Assembly: GCA_965203515.1 (NCBI GenBank)
Contig: OZ241907.1
Coordinates: 128,001-192,000 of the forward strand
Origin: Spirochaetia bacterium
GTDB taxonomy: Bacteria > Spirochaetota > Spirochaetia > SZUA-6 > Bin103
Direction: 5' to 3'
DNA length: 64,000 bases
Shown here: in pieces, positions 39,646 through 49,456 of the stretch
How positions within the stretch are numbered: position 1 is the stretch's first letter
Layout: every line of letters starts with the position of its first letter
The notes under the pieces: model-generated
Told to the model about the DNA's origin: nothing
Databases searched by the model: none
Seen by the model: only the letters and a program-made list of their open reading frames with translations
Program-made: the position numbers and the translations under genes

Positions 39646-40716
39646 GTTGCGCCGGCGCGAGGTCGCGCGGCGCCCCGGTGGGGGCATCGGCCGGCCGGGC
39701 GCCGGCGCGAACGGCGCGGCAGGGGGCGGCGCGCGGCGATCGCGCTGCTGGTCGTCGCCGGCGCCGTCGCCGCCGGCGCGCTGCTGCGCGCCGATCGGGC
39801 GGCTGCGGCGTGGTTGCGGCGCGACCGGGAGGCGAACATGCGCGCGCTCGTCAGCGAACGGCGCTTCGCAGAGGCGGCGGCCGCGGCCGAGGTCACGCTG
39901 GCGAACCGCCCGCTCGACCCCGAGGCGAATCTGATCCGCGGCGTGGCGGCGCTCTACGAATCGATCGCTGCCGGTCCTGCGGCTCGGGAGCCGGGTGCGG
40001 CTCGGGAGCCGGGTGTGGCGCCGGCGCCGGGTGCGGATCGGGAGCCGGGCGCGGCCCCCGCTGCCTACCGCGGCGGAGCCGTGCGGACCGACGGCGCGCT
40101 CCTGTCGACGGCCGTGGCGTCGCTCCGCCGCGCGCTGCTCGACGCACGGATCGCCGCGGCGGAACCGGCCGCGCAGTACGCGCTCGGCAAGGCCTATTAT
40201 CACATGGGCTATTTCTACTACGATCTGGCCGTGCGGTATCTGGAGGGGTCGTTGGCGCTCGGCTATGACGGCGCCGACACCTACGAGTACCTCGGGCTGG
40301 CATACACCGAGTTGGGCGATCCGCGCGGGCTGGAGTATTTCCGTCACGCGCTGGCGAGCCGGCCGTCCGACCTGCTGCATCTGAGGATGGCCGCCATGCT
40401 GGCGGATGCGGGAGACCCGCAGGGAGCGCGCGACAGCCTGATCCAGGCGATCCTGCTCACCGATGACCCGGCGATCGAGCAGCGGGCGCGGTACGAGCTG
40501 GGCGCGGTCTACCGCGCGCTGGACGAACCGACGTCGGCCGAAGAGCAGTACTTGGCGATCATCGCCGCCGACGGGCGCGCCGCCGACGCGCACTTCTATC
40601 TCGGCGAGATCCATGCGGAGCGGGGAGACGCCGACCGCGCCCGCGCGGAGTGGCGCGAGGCCGAAAGGCTGGATCCGCGCCATCGCCGCGCGATCGAGCG
40701 TTTGCGTGGCGGATAG
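39646..40716 (+). CDS. Tetratricopeptide repeat protein with N-terminal membrane anchor (start uncertain)
   Basis: [17 protein letters not shown] and [13 protein letters not shown] motifs; position between rnpB and mreB. Confidence 0.8.
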   Translation, partial: VAPARGRAAPRWGHRPAGRRRERRGRGRRAAIALLVVAGAVAAGALLRADRAAAAWLRRDREANMRALVSERRFAEAAAAAEVTLANRPLDPEANLIRGVAALYESIAAGPAAREPGAAREPGVAPAPGADREPGAAPAAYRGGAVRTDGALLSTAVASLRRALLDARIAAAEPAAQYALGKAYYHMGYFYYDLAVRYLEGSLALGYDGADTYEYLGLAYTELGDPRGLEYFRHALASRPSDLLHLRMAAMLADAGDPQGARDSLIQAILLTDDPAIEQRARYELGAVYRALDEPTSAEEQYLAIIAADGRAADAHFYLGEIHAERGDADRARAEWREAERLDPRHRRAIERLRGG

Positions 40717-40754
40717 ATCGGTCGCACCATGAGCGCGGAGGTACACGTCACCTG

Positions 40755-41771
40755 ATGGCCATGTTCAACAGCTTCTCCTCAGACATCGGCATTGATCTGG
40801 GCACCTGCAACACCCTGGTGCACGTCAAGGGCAAGGGTATCATGCTGTCGGAGCCGTCGGTGGTCGCCATCGATCACGAAACCAAGCAGGTGGTCGCGGT
40901 CGGAACCGAGGCCAAGCGCATGCTGTGGAAGACGCCCAGCAGCATCGAGGCGGTGCGCCCGTTGCGTGACGGCGTCATCGCTGACTTCGACATGACCGAG
41001 CAGATGATCCGCTACTTCATCACGCAGGTGGTCCCCCGGCGCTGGTTCGTCAAGCCGCGCGTGGTGATCGGCATCCCTTCCGGGGCTACCGAAGTGGAGA
41101 AGCGGGCGGTGCAGGAGAGCGCCGAGCAGGCCGGCGCGCGCGAGGTGTACGTGATCGAGGAGTCGATCGCGGCGGCCGTGGGCGCCGATCTGCCGATCAT
41201 GGAGCCGGCCGGTCACATGATCTGCGACATCGGCGGCGGCACCACCGAGGTGTCGGTGATTTCGCTCGGCGGCATGGTGGTGTCGAACGCCATTCGCATC
41301 GGCGGCGACGAGTTCGATGAGGGGATCATCAGGCACGTACGCATCGTCCACAACCTGGTGATCGGCCTGGAGACCGCGGAGAAGATCAAGATCGAGATCG
41401 GCAACGCCGACCCCGACCAGAAGATCGTGCGCATGGAGATCAAGGGCCGGGATGCGATCACCGGTCTGCCGCGCCGGCTGGAGGTCGACTCGGTCGAGGT
41501 GTGCGAAGCGCTGCAGGAGCCAACGCGTCAGATCCTCGAAGAGATCAAGCGCGCGCTGGGCCAGACGCCGGCCGAGCTGGCGTCCGACATCGTGGAGCGC
41601 GGCATAGTCATGACCGGCGGCGGCTCGCTCCTGCGCGGGTTGCCGCGCCTGATCGAGCGGGAGACCGGCGTGCCGGTGATCGTGGCCGAGCAGCCGCTGC
41701 TGTGCGTGGCGCTGGGAGCCGGCAAGTACTTCGACAACATGCGCGTCAGCCAACGCCGATCATACCGATAG
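40755..41771 (+). CDS. mreB: Rod shape-determining protein MreB
   Basis: [22 protein letters not shown] and TGGGSLL. Confidence 0.97.
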   Translation: MAMFNSFSSDIGIDLGTCNTLVHVKGKGIMLSEPSVVAIDHETKQVVAVGTEAKRMLWKTPSSIEAVRPLRDGVIADFDMTEQMIRYFITQVVPRRWFVKPRVVIGIPSGATEVEKRAVQESAEQAGAREVYVIEESIAAAVGADLPIMEPAGHMICDIGGGTTEVSVISLGGMVVSNAIRIGGDEFDEGIIRHVRIVHNLVIGLETAEKIKIEIGNADPDQKIVRMEIKGRDAITGLPRRLEVDSVEVCEALQEPTRQILEEIKRALGQTPAELASDIVERGIVMTGGGSLLRGLPRLIERETGVPVIVAEQPLLCVALGAGKYFDNMRVSQRRSYR

Positions 41772-41812
41772 CGGATCGTCCGGCACCGAGGGAATCGATC
41801 TAACCCGCGTCC

Positions 41813-42643
41813 GTGACCGACGTTGGACCCTTCGTCAGCCGCCGCCGATCGGGCGTCACGTTCGCGGTCCTGATGGTCAGTTCGCTCGTGCTGGTGGGAT
41901 TGAATCCCTCGCCCGGACACGTCGGCCTGCTGTCGATGGCGCAGGCGGGCATCGGTTCCGCAAGCCGCTGGATCGCCGCTACCGCCGCCGGGATCGGCGA
42001 GCTGCGCCGCAGTCGATCCGAGGTGCAGGTGTTGCGCGCCGAGCTGGAGCGGATCGAGCAGCGTTCGCGCCGCGCCGCCCGGATAGAAGCGGAGAACCGC
42101 TACCTGCGCGCGATGCTGGGCCTGTATCGGGTGGCTCCGGCGTCGATTCCGGCCGAGGTGATCGGGCGCGATCCGGGCAATCTGTTCAAGACGGTGACGA
42201 TCGATCGAGGCCGCAGACACGGCGTGCAGGACGATGCCACGGTGGTCGCCAGCGCCGACGGATTCCAGGCGCTGGTAGGCAAGGTGGAGTCGGTTTCATC
42301 CTTTACGGCGATGGTGCGGCCGATTCTGGACAGCTCCCTGTACGTCGCCGCCCGTCTTGAGCGCACCGAGCACGACGGGCTGATCGAGGGCGACCCGGCC
42401 GGCCGGCGGCTGGTCATGCGCTGGGTCGACGCCACCGCGGCGGGCGACTTGACGGCCGGCGATCTGGTGATCACCTCCGGCATGCGCAGCCTCTATCCGC
42501 GCGGCATCTACATCGGCCGGATGGTGGAGCAGCGCGCCGGCGAGGACCGATCGTCGATCGCGCTGATCGTGGAACCGCTGGTCGATTTCGGCCGCCTCGA
42601 CTACGTCCTGGTGCTCAACGCCGCCGAGCCGTCCGATGGGTGA
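41813..42643 (+). CDS. mreC: Rod shape-determining protein MreC
   Basis: TM helix plus coiled coil, ENRYLR, IDRG...GV and TSG...YPRGI.IG. Confidence 0.92.
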   Translation: MTDVGPFVSRRRSGVTFAVLMVSSLVLVGLNPSPGHVGLLSMAQAGIGSASRWIAATAAGIGELRRSRSEVQVLRAELERIEQRSRRAARIEAENRYLRAMLGLYRVAPASIPAEVIGRDPGNLFKTVTIDRGRRHGVQDDATVVASADGFQALVGKVESVSSFTAMVRPILDSSLYVAARLERTEHDGLIEGDPAGRRLVMRWVDATAAGDLTAGDLVITSGMRSLYPRGIYIGRMVEQRAGEDRSSIALIVEPLVDFGRLDYVLVLNAAEPSDG

Positions 42644-43166
42644 CTTCCGCGTCATCGCCGCGACCACGCTGATCGCCGTCGCGGCGTCCCTGTTGACGTC
42701 GACGCTGCTGTCGTGGGTGGCGGTCGCCGGCGTAAAGCCGGACCTGGCGCTGGTCGTCGTGGCCTTGATCGCGATGCGCCGGGGCAGCATGCCGGGCCAG
42801 GTAGCGGGGTTCGCTTCCGGCCTGCTGGCGGACACGATCAGCGTGGGGCCGCTCGGCCTCACCGCCATGGTTCGCACGGTGGCCGGCTACCTGATCGGTC
42901 GGATGGCGGGCCTGGTCTCCGTCGACTGGGTGCTGCTCCCCACCCTCGTAGCGGTCGCCGCCACCGTTCTCAAGGCGCTCACCGTCACGGTGCTGGCGCT
43001 CACCGTCCCCTGGATCCCCGGCTACGCGATCGCGGTCCCCTCCTTCCTGATCGAAGCGGCATTGAACGGCGTGGCCGCCCCGGCGCTGTACGTGCTGCTG
43101 AGCCTGTTGCCGTGGCTCAAGGAGCGCTCGCAACGCCGGACGCTGCGCGTCAGGCTGCGCCCGTGA
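42636..43166 (+). CDS. mreD: Rod shape-determining protein MreD
   Basis: KPDL, GF..GLL.D, hydrophobic, operon position. Confidence 0.88.
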   Translation: MGDFRVIAATTLIAVAASLLTSTLLSWVAVAGVKPDLALVVVALIAMRRGSMPGQVAGFASGLLADTISVGPLGLTAMVRTVAGYLIGRMAGLVSVDWVLLPTLVAVAATVLKALTVTVLALTVPWIPGYAIAVPSFLIEAALNGVAAPALYVLLSLLPWLKERSQRRTLRVRLRP

Positions 43167-45088
43167 ACGGCGCCGCGGTCGAAGAATCGGTCGGCCTCTC
43201 CCGCTTGGCGGCGCTGCGCGTGGCGGTGTTGTGCGTGCTGGCGGGGCTCGGTCTCTACCTGTTCGTGCTGCAGGTGATCAAGGGCGTGGAGTTCGAGCAG
43301 TTGGCCAAGCAGGTCGCCCAGCGCGAGACCGTCGTGCCGGCTCGGCGCGGCCGGATCTACGATGCGTCCTATACGCGCCCGCTGGTCGCGAACCGACCCG
43401 CGTTCTCGATCGACGTCACGCCCGCGCACGTGCCGGGCGACATGTCCGACCTGTTCGCCGCGCTCGGCGCGGTCCTGGACGTCAGCCCGCAGTATCTGGC
43501 CGGCCAGGTGCCGCCCAGCGAACGCCACCTGTTCCAGCCGATCGAGGTCATGAGCGGCGCCGACTTCGCCGCGGTCGCCTACCTTGGCGAGCACATCGAC
43601 CGCTTCCCCGGGGTCGGGTGGCGCAACGAACCGATGCGAGACTATCGCGACCTGGGCGCCCTGGCGCACGTGATCGGCTACGTGGGCGAAATCAGCGTCG
43701 AGGAGCTCCAGGTGCTGTACAATCAGGGCTACCGACGCGGCGACACGATCGGCAAGAGCGGTCTGGAGCAGGTCCACGACCGGCTTCTGCGCGGGACCCC
43801 GGGGCTGAGCTACCGGACGGTAGACGCCCGCGAGCGGGATCTCGGCACGCAGGAGGGACAGGCGCCCTCACCCGGCCATGATCTCGTGCTCACCATCGAC
43901 TCCCGCACGCAGCGCTTGGCGGAGGATGCGCTGGCCGGCCGCATCGGGTCGGTGGTGGTGCTGCGGCCGACCACCGGGGAGATCCTGGCGATGGTCTCGT
44001 ATCCCTGGTTCGATCCCGAAGCGTTCCGCGGGGGCGGCGGCGCCCGGCAGCTGCGCCGGGCGCTGGAAGATCCTTCCTATCCGTTCGTCAACCGGGCGCT
44101 GCAGGCATACCCGCCGGCTTCGGTGTTCAAGCTGATCATGACCGTCGCGGTGCTGGAGGAGCGGCTCATCCCGCCGGAGCGGAAGATCCGGTGCGAAGGC
44201 TTGTTTCGGTTGGGCAGAGGCAGGTGGCAGGATCACGTCTACCCGGACAAGCACGGCCCCTTGAACCTGCGCGAGGGCTTGGCGGAGTCGTGCAACATCT
44301 ACTACTACACGGTCGGGCACCGTCTGGGCGTCGAGCGCGTCGTCCACTACGCGCGGGCGTTCGGGCTCGGCAGTCCGACCGGCATCGAGCTGCCCCGCGA
44401 GCAGGCCGGCTTCCTGCCCACGCCGGCCTGGAAGCAGCGCCGGCTCGGGGAGCCGTGGGTGGGCGGCGACACGATCAACATGTCGATCGGGCAGGGGTTC
44501 GTCACCGCGACCCCCTTGCAGATCGCCAACGCCGTGGCGGCGATCGTCAACGGCGGGGTCGTCTATCGGCCGTTTCTGGTCAAAGAGGTGCGCAGCGGCG
44601 CCGACGGATCGCTGGTCCGGCGGTCCGAGCCGGTGCGGTTGCTGGAAGTCGACGTGCAGCCGGAGACCTTGGCGTTCCTGCGCGAGGCGATGCGCTACAC
44701 GGTGACCGACGGAACCCCCAAGGACGCGATCACCACGCCGGCGGTGCCGGTGGCCGGCAAGACCGGCACCGCCCAGACCCGCTCCGCGCGCGCCGAAGGG
44801 CCGGAGCGCAAGCATTCATGGTTCGCCGCCTATGCTCCGGCCGGCGCTCCGCCGGAGGAGCAGGTGGTGGTCGTCGTCATGGCGGAAGCGTCCGATCGGT
44901 GGGAATGGTGGGCGCCGAAGGTGACCAATGTCCTGTTGCACGGTATGTTCGCCGGCCTGGACTACGACGCGGTGATTCCCGACCTGCAGCAATACACCCC
45001 CATGTACAACCTGCTCGGCGAACCGGGCGACGAGTCGGAGGATGAGCCGGGCGATGAGGATGGTGAGCCGCTCGGTGATGAGCCATGA
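43163..45088 (+). CDS. mrdA: Penicillin-binding protein 2
   Basis: RGRIYD, GKSGLE, SVFK (SxxK), SCN (SxN) and KTGTAQ. Confidence 0.95.
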   Translation: MNGAAVEESVGLSRLAALRVAVLCVLAGLGLYLFVLQVIKGVEFEQLAKQVAQRETVVPARRGRIYDASYTRPLVANRPAFSIDVTPAHVPGDMSDLFAALGAVLDVSPQYLAGQVPPSERHLFQPIEVMSGADFAAVAYLGEHIDRFPGVGWRNEPMRDYRDLGALAHVIGYVGEISVEELQVLYNQGYRRGDTIGKSGLEQVHDRLLRGTPGLSYRTVDARERDLGTQEGQAPSPGHDLVLTIDSRTQRLAEDALAGRIGSVVVLRPTTGEILAMVSYPWFDPEAFRGGGGARQLRRALEDPSYPFVNRALQAYPPASVFKLIMTVAVLEERLIPPERKIRCEGLFRLGRGRWQDHVYPDKHGPLNLREGLAESCNIYYYTVGHRLGVERVVHYARAFGLGSPTGIELPREQAGFLPTPAWKQRRLGEPWVGGDTINMSIGQGFVTATPLQIANAVAAIVNGGVVYRPFLVKEVRSGADGSLVRRSEPVRLLEVDVQPETLAFLREAMRYTVTDGTPKDAITTPAVPVAGKTGTAQTRSARAEGPERKHSWFAAYAPAGAPPEEQVVVVVMAEASDRWEWWAPKVTNVLLHGMFAGLDYDAVIPDLQQYTPMYNLLGEPGDESEDEPGDEDGEPLGDEP

Positions 45089-46494
45089 CCGGCGGCGACG
45101 GGGCGCGCGCGCTGCAGCTGCTCGGCGCCACCGCCGCGCTGGTGGTGATCGGCGTGCTGTTCATCTACTCCAGCGGGGTCGACTCCACCGGCGAGTCGCT
45201 GTCGCGGGAGTGGATCAAGCAGATCGTATGGGCCTTGACCGGAATTGCATTGCTGGCGGTGGTGGCCGCGGCGGGCGCCGGCTGGCTGCGGGCCGGGGCG
45301 CTCTACCTGTACGCGGGCGGGCTGCTGCTGCTGGCGCTCACCGCGGTGGTCGGGCGGGAAGTGAACGGAGCCCGTTCCTGGATCGGCGTCAACGACCTGG
45401 GCGTGCAGCCGTCGGAGTTCGCCAAGCTCACCACCATCGTATTCCTTGCGTCCTACTTCGCGGGTATCGGCAACGGCATCAGGGAGCTGCCCCGCTTCGC
45501 GCTCGGACTGGTGATCGTGCTGCTGCCGGTGGGGCTGGTCATGCTGCAGCCGGACATGGGGACGGCGATGGTCTACGTGCCGATGTTCATGGTCGCGGCG
45601 CTGGTCGCCGGGGCCGAGTTACGGCACTTGGCGTTCATCCTGGGCGCGGTCGTCGTCACCTTCGCCATGGCGGTGTTGCCGGAACTGAGCGCCGGCGGCA
45701 CCGCCGGCATGGCGGCCGCCGCGCTGCTCGACCCGGGCACCGTACGCCTTGCCGCCGGAGCGCTGCTGGCGATCGTCGGTCTGGCGTTCATCGGCTACCG
45801 GATCAGCAGCAGCCGATCTCTCTACTGGATCGGCTACCTGGCCTCCATCGGCCTCGGCGGCGTGACCGGAGCGGCGCTCGTGCGGTCGGTGTTGAAGCCG
45901 TACCAGATCATCCGGCTGGCGGCGTTCCTGGACCCGTGGTCCGATCCTCGCGGCGCCGGCTGGAACATCATCCAGTCGATGACCGCGGTCGGCTCCGGCG
46001 GACTGGTCGGCAAAGGGTATCTGCAGGGTACGCAGAGCCACTACCAGTACCTTCCCCAGCAGAGCACCGACTTCATCTTCTCCATACTGGCCGAGGAATG
46101 GGGGTTCCGGGGCTCGCTGCTGGTGCTGGCGCTGTTCGCCGTGATCCTGTTGCGGTCGATAGCGATCTGCCGCCGCGCTCGAGACGACTTCGGCGCGGCG
46201 ATGGCGGCCGGCATCGTCGGCATGTTCGGCACCCACGTGCTGGTCAACATCGGCGTGGCGAGCGGTATCATGCCGATCACCGGCATCCCGTTGACCTTCG
46301 TCTCCTACGGCGGCTCCGCGCTGTGGACGGGGTTGTTGGCGGTCGGCATGCTGCTGGCCCTGCTGCGCACGGGCCCGTCCGCCGGATTGCGGTTCTCGTC
46401 GCGCTTGGCCGCTTCCCAATGGCGGTCCAGCACCGGCAACGGCACCTCGCCCAGGGTCGCGCCGGCCTCCCGCACGCGGCGTTCCACCTCCTGA
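45085..46494 (+). CDS. rodA: Rod shape-determining protein RodA (SEDS)
   Basis: GARSWI, QPSEFAK, QPDMGT, TDFIFS..AEEWGF and PITGIPLTFVSYGGS. Confidence 0.95.
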   Translation: MTGGDGARALQLLGATAALVVIGVLFIYSSGVDSTGESLSREWIKQIVWALTGIALLAVVAAAGAGWLRAGALYLYAGGLLLLALTAVVGREVNGARSWIGVNDLGVQPSEFAKLTTIVFLASYFAGIGNGIRELPRFALGLVIVLLPVGLVMLQPDMGTAMVYVPMFMVAALVAGAELRHLAFILGAVVVTFAMAVLPELSAGGTAGMAAAALLDPGTVRLAAGALLAIVGLAFIGYRISSSRSLYWIGYLASIGLGGVTGAALVRSVLKPYQIIRLAAFLDPWSDPRGAGWNIIQSMTAVGSGGLVGKGYLQGTQSHYQYLPQQSTDFIFSILAEEWGFRGSLLVLALFAVILLRSIAICRRARDDFGAAMAAGIVGMFGTHVLVNIGVASGIMPITGIPLTFVSYGGSALWTGLLAVGMLLALLRTGPSAGLRFSSRLAASQWRSSTGNGTSPRVAPASRTRRSTS

Positions 46495-47270
46495 AATCGC
46501 CGCCGGAATCGTTCGTTCGCCCCATGCAGCGCCAGTGACGGGTCGACCTGCAGGTGCCGGGCCAGGTTGACCGCCGCGAACAGCAGGTCGCCGGCCTCCT
46601 CCTCGCAGCGCTTCGGGCCGAGCTCGGCTGCCTGATCGACCTCGGCCAGCTCTTCGGCCACCTTGGCGAAGACCGGCCGAGCGTCGTCCCAGTCGAAGCC
46701 GACCTTCGCGGCGGCGCGCTGCAGCTCGACCGCTCGGCGCAGCGGACTGGGCGTTCGGCCGGCCGAGTCGAGCGCGGAAGGCTGCCGGCCGCGTTCGCGC
46801 CCGCTGCGCTCGCTCCGCTTTATGCGCTCCCACTGCCGCAGCACTCCGTCGGCGTCGGTAGGATAGTCGCCGGCCGGCGCGCGCTCCCCGGGCCGGTCCG
46901 CGGGCGGAAACACGTGCGGGTGCCTGCGGCGCAGCTTGTCGACCACCTCGGCCAGCACGTCGGCGGTGCCGAACGCGGCCTCCTGCTCCTTCATGCGGGC
47001 GATCATCGTGGCGATCAGCATCACGTCACCCAGCTCCTCCCGCAGGTTGGCGTCATCGGCGGCGTCGATCGCCTCGATCGCCTCGAACGCCTCCTCCAGC
47101 AGCATCGCCCGCATCGACTGCGGCGTCTGGTCGCGGTCCCAGGGACAGCCGTCCGGCGCGCGCAGGCGGCGGACGGTCCGGTAGAGCTGCGCGAACGCTT
47201 CGCCGACGCGCTCAGCGCTCGGTGACGCAGCGCTTGGTAACTCAGCGCTCGGTAACGGGGTCTGCTCCAT
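46305..47270 (-). CDS. mazG: Nucleoside triphosphate pyrophosphohydrolase MazG
   Basis: GCPWDRDQT, EELGD, RRHPHVF, VGFDW and EAGDLLF. Confidence 0.95.
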   Translation of the reverse strand: MEQTPLPSAELPSAASPSAERVGEAFAQLYRTVRRLRAPDGCPWDRDQTPQSMRAMLLEEAFEAIEAIDAADDANLREELGDVMLIATMIARMKEQEAAFGTADVLAEVVDKLRRRHPHVFPPADRPGERAPAGDYPTDADGVLRQWERIKRSERSGRERGRQPSALDSAGRTPSPLRRAVELQRAAAKVGFDWDDARPVFAKVAEELAEVDQAAELGPKRCEEEAGDLLFAAVNLARHLQVDPSLALHGANERFRRRFQEVERRVREAGATLGEVPLPVLDRHWEAAKRDENRNPADGPVRSRASSMPTANNPVHSAEPP

Positions 47271-47449
47271 GCGGTCGCTCGATGGGCGCCGGCCCCGAAC
47301 GGGACGCAGCGTTCTTGCAGGCGCAGCATACCCGCACCGGGCCGGTCCTGTCAGGGTGCGGTCGGGCGGGTTCCGCCAACCGCTTCCGCGTGGTAGGATG
47401 CGGGCTCACGGCGCGGCGTACCGTTGCGGCGGCCGGTTGACCCTCTCAC

Positions 47450-48493
47450 ATGCGCATAGCGTCGGTCGCCCTCAGACATCCCACGCGAAGGGTCACCAAT
47501 GAAGAGATCATCGCCCTCCTGCAGGAGTGCAGCAACGGCATCGAGCCGCGGATCTTGCGCAAGTATCAGCGGCTGGTGCGCGGACTGCTGAACCGGACCG
47601 GATCGGTCACGCGCTACGTCCGGGACGAGCGGCGCGGCGAACGGGCTGCCGACTTCGTCAAGGCCGCGATGCTGGAGGCGATGGAGCAGGCGGGGGTGGG
47701 GCCGGCCGATATCGATCTGCTGATCTACTGCGGGGTGGGCAAGGGGTTCCTGGAGCCCGCGAACGCCTACTTCTACGCGCAGGCTGCCGGCCTGACATGC
47801 TCGTGCTTCGACGTTTCCGACGCGTGCATGAGCTGGATGCGCGCCTTGGAGATTTGCTACCGCTTCCTGCGCGCCGGCACGCATCGCACGGCGATGGTCA
47901 TCAACGGCGAGTTCAACTACAAGGAACACGGATTCCCCGCGAACTTCGCGGTGAAGGGGATCGAACAGCTCGAGTACACGTTTCCCTCCTACACGATCGG
48001 CGAGGCGGCGACGGCCACCGTCGTCACCGCCTCCGATGCGGACTGGCGGTTCGACTACCACTCGGTGCCGGAGCTGTGCAGCCTGTGCAACATCCCGCTG
48101 GCGGGCTATGAGAACTTCGTCGAGCCGTCGGCGCGGATCGCGCTCAACGGCGTGAACAACTTCGTGGCGTACGGCCATGAGCTGTTCGCGCGGGCGGAGC
48201 AGTACCTGATGCCATTGATCCGGCGCACGGTGGGAGACCTGAACGGCCCGGACATCTACTTTCCGCACGCCGCCTCCAGCGTCGCCTACCTGCGCGCCGG
48301 CCGGGCGGCCGGGGTCAGGAACGGCAAGGTGTACAGCGACGTCTTCCCCCGGTTGGGTAACCTGGTATCCGCCAGCATACCGGCGGCGATGGTCCTGGCG
48401 GAGGCGGAAGGCCGGCTCAAGCGGGGCGACCGGGTGGTGCTGGTGCCGGCCAGCGCCGGCATGGTATTCGGCGTCGGTCAGTTCACCTACTGA
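47450..48493 (+). CDS. 3-oxoacyl-ACP synthase III / OleA-like thiolase-fold condensing enzyme
   Basis: EPA, DACMSW (catalytic Cys), TIGEAA.A, PHA (His), GNLVSASIP (Asn) and SAG. Confidence 0.85.
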   Translation: MRIASVALRHPTRRVTNEEIIALLQECSNGIEPRILRKYQRLVRGLLNRTGSVTRYVRDERRGERAADFVKAAMLEAMEQAGVGPADIDLLIYCGVGKGFLEPANAYFYAQAAGLTCSCFDVSDACMSWMRALEICYRFLRAGTHRTAMVINGEFNYKEHGFPANFAVKGIEQLEYTFPSYTIGEAATATVVTASDADWRFDYHSVPELCSLCNIPLAGYENFVEPSARIALNGVNNFVAYGHELFARAEQYLMPLIRRTVGDLNGPDIYFPHAASSVAYLRAGRAAGVRNGKVYSDVFPRLGNLVSASIPAAMVLAEAEGRLKRGDRVVLVPASAGMVFGVGQFTY

Positions 48494-48541
48494 TCCCGTT
48501 CGGCGCTGACCCGGCCGGCGCTGATCTCCGGCCGGCGGGAG

Positions 48542-49195
48542 TCACGCCTTGGCGGTGACCGGCGCCCGCCGCCCTGCCGCTGCATTGAGGCGCGACTGGT
48601 TGACGGCCGGATCGTTGAGGAAGGAGCGCCAGGAGTCGTACTTGGGGCTCTGCAGCCGCAGCAGGATCACCGGGTTGCGCCGCGGCTCCACCGGCCGGCG
48701 GACGAGCTGCATGCCGGCCGCCCGCGGCGTACGGCCACCCTTGCGAGTGTTGCACGGCATGCAGGCGGTGACCAGATTCGACCACGACTCGGCGCCGCCG
48801 CGCGAGCGCGGGATCACGTGATCGATCGTCAGCTGGCGCGCCGCCAGACGCGTGCCGCAGTACTGACAGGCGTTGCCGTCGCGGGCGTAGACGTTGCGCC
48901 TCGTCAACGCCACCCCTTCGCGCGGGAAGCCGTGATAGTCGGTCAACCTGATGATGCGCGGCACCGCCAGGGTCAGCGTCGCCGTGTGCACCCAGTCGAG
49001 ATGGTCGCAGCCGCCCGCCGCCAGCAGGCCGGAGCGGTCGGTCCATCGGGCGAAGTCGAACGACTCGTACCGGCCGCCGTCGGTGGTGATCACCTCGGCG
49101 GCCTGACGCACCAGCAGCACGAACGCCCGACGCGCGCTGACCAGGCGCAGCACCGCGTACGAGCTGTTGAGGACCAGCACGCTGCATTCGAGCAC
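48542..49195 (-). CDS. HNH endonuclease (McrA-like)
   Basis: VLVLN.SY, RRNVYARDG..CQYC, TIDHVIPRSRGG and WSNLVTAC..CN..K. Confidence 0.9.
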   Translation of the reverse strand: MLECSVLVLNSSYAVLRLVSARRAFVLLVRQAAEVITTDGGRYESFDFARWTDRSGLLAAGGCDHLDWVHTATLTLAVPRIIRLTDYHGFPREGVALTRRNVYARDGNACQYCGTRLAARQLTIDHVIPRSRGGAESWSNLVTACMPCNTRKGGRTPRAAGMQLVRRPVEPRRNPVILLRLQSPKYDSWRSFLNDPAVNQSRLNAAAGRRAPVTAKA

Positions 49196-49366
49196 CCGCG
49201 ATTCGTATGACACCGCCGGTGCTGTACCATGCCCCCGGTACATGGTCAAGATTACGGCCGATCCGCGGTGCCGAGGCGCCCCGGATCGACGGCGCATGAC
49301 GGCAGGCGGTCAGCCGGCCCCTGTACCGCCGCCCGCCGGCCGTATCACTATGGCGACGACCGGCAG

Positions 49367-49439
49367 GGGCGGTTAGCTCAGTTGGGAGAGCGCCTGGTTT
49401 ACACCCAGGAGGCCGGCGGTTCGAGCCCGTCACCGCCCA
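49367..49439 (+). tRNA. tRNA-Val(TAC)
   Basis: GGGCGGT/ACCGCCC stem, CCTGG-TTTACAC-CCAGG anticodon arm, GGTTCGAGCCC. CCA not encoded. Confidence 0.95.
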
Positions 49440-49456
49440 TCGTGACCAGGAGTACG

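Noticed and set aside
47271..47449. Riboswitch or structured leader upstream of the KAS III gene
   Set aside because: Only a generic GC hairpin (ccgcacc/ggtgcgg) is visible, with no recognisable aptamer consensus.
48542..49195. HNH nuclease as part of a defence or mobile system
   Set aside because: It resembles the widespread stand-alone McrA-like HNH family, with no adjacent methylase, repeats or intron features.
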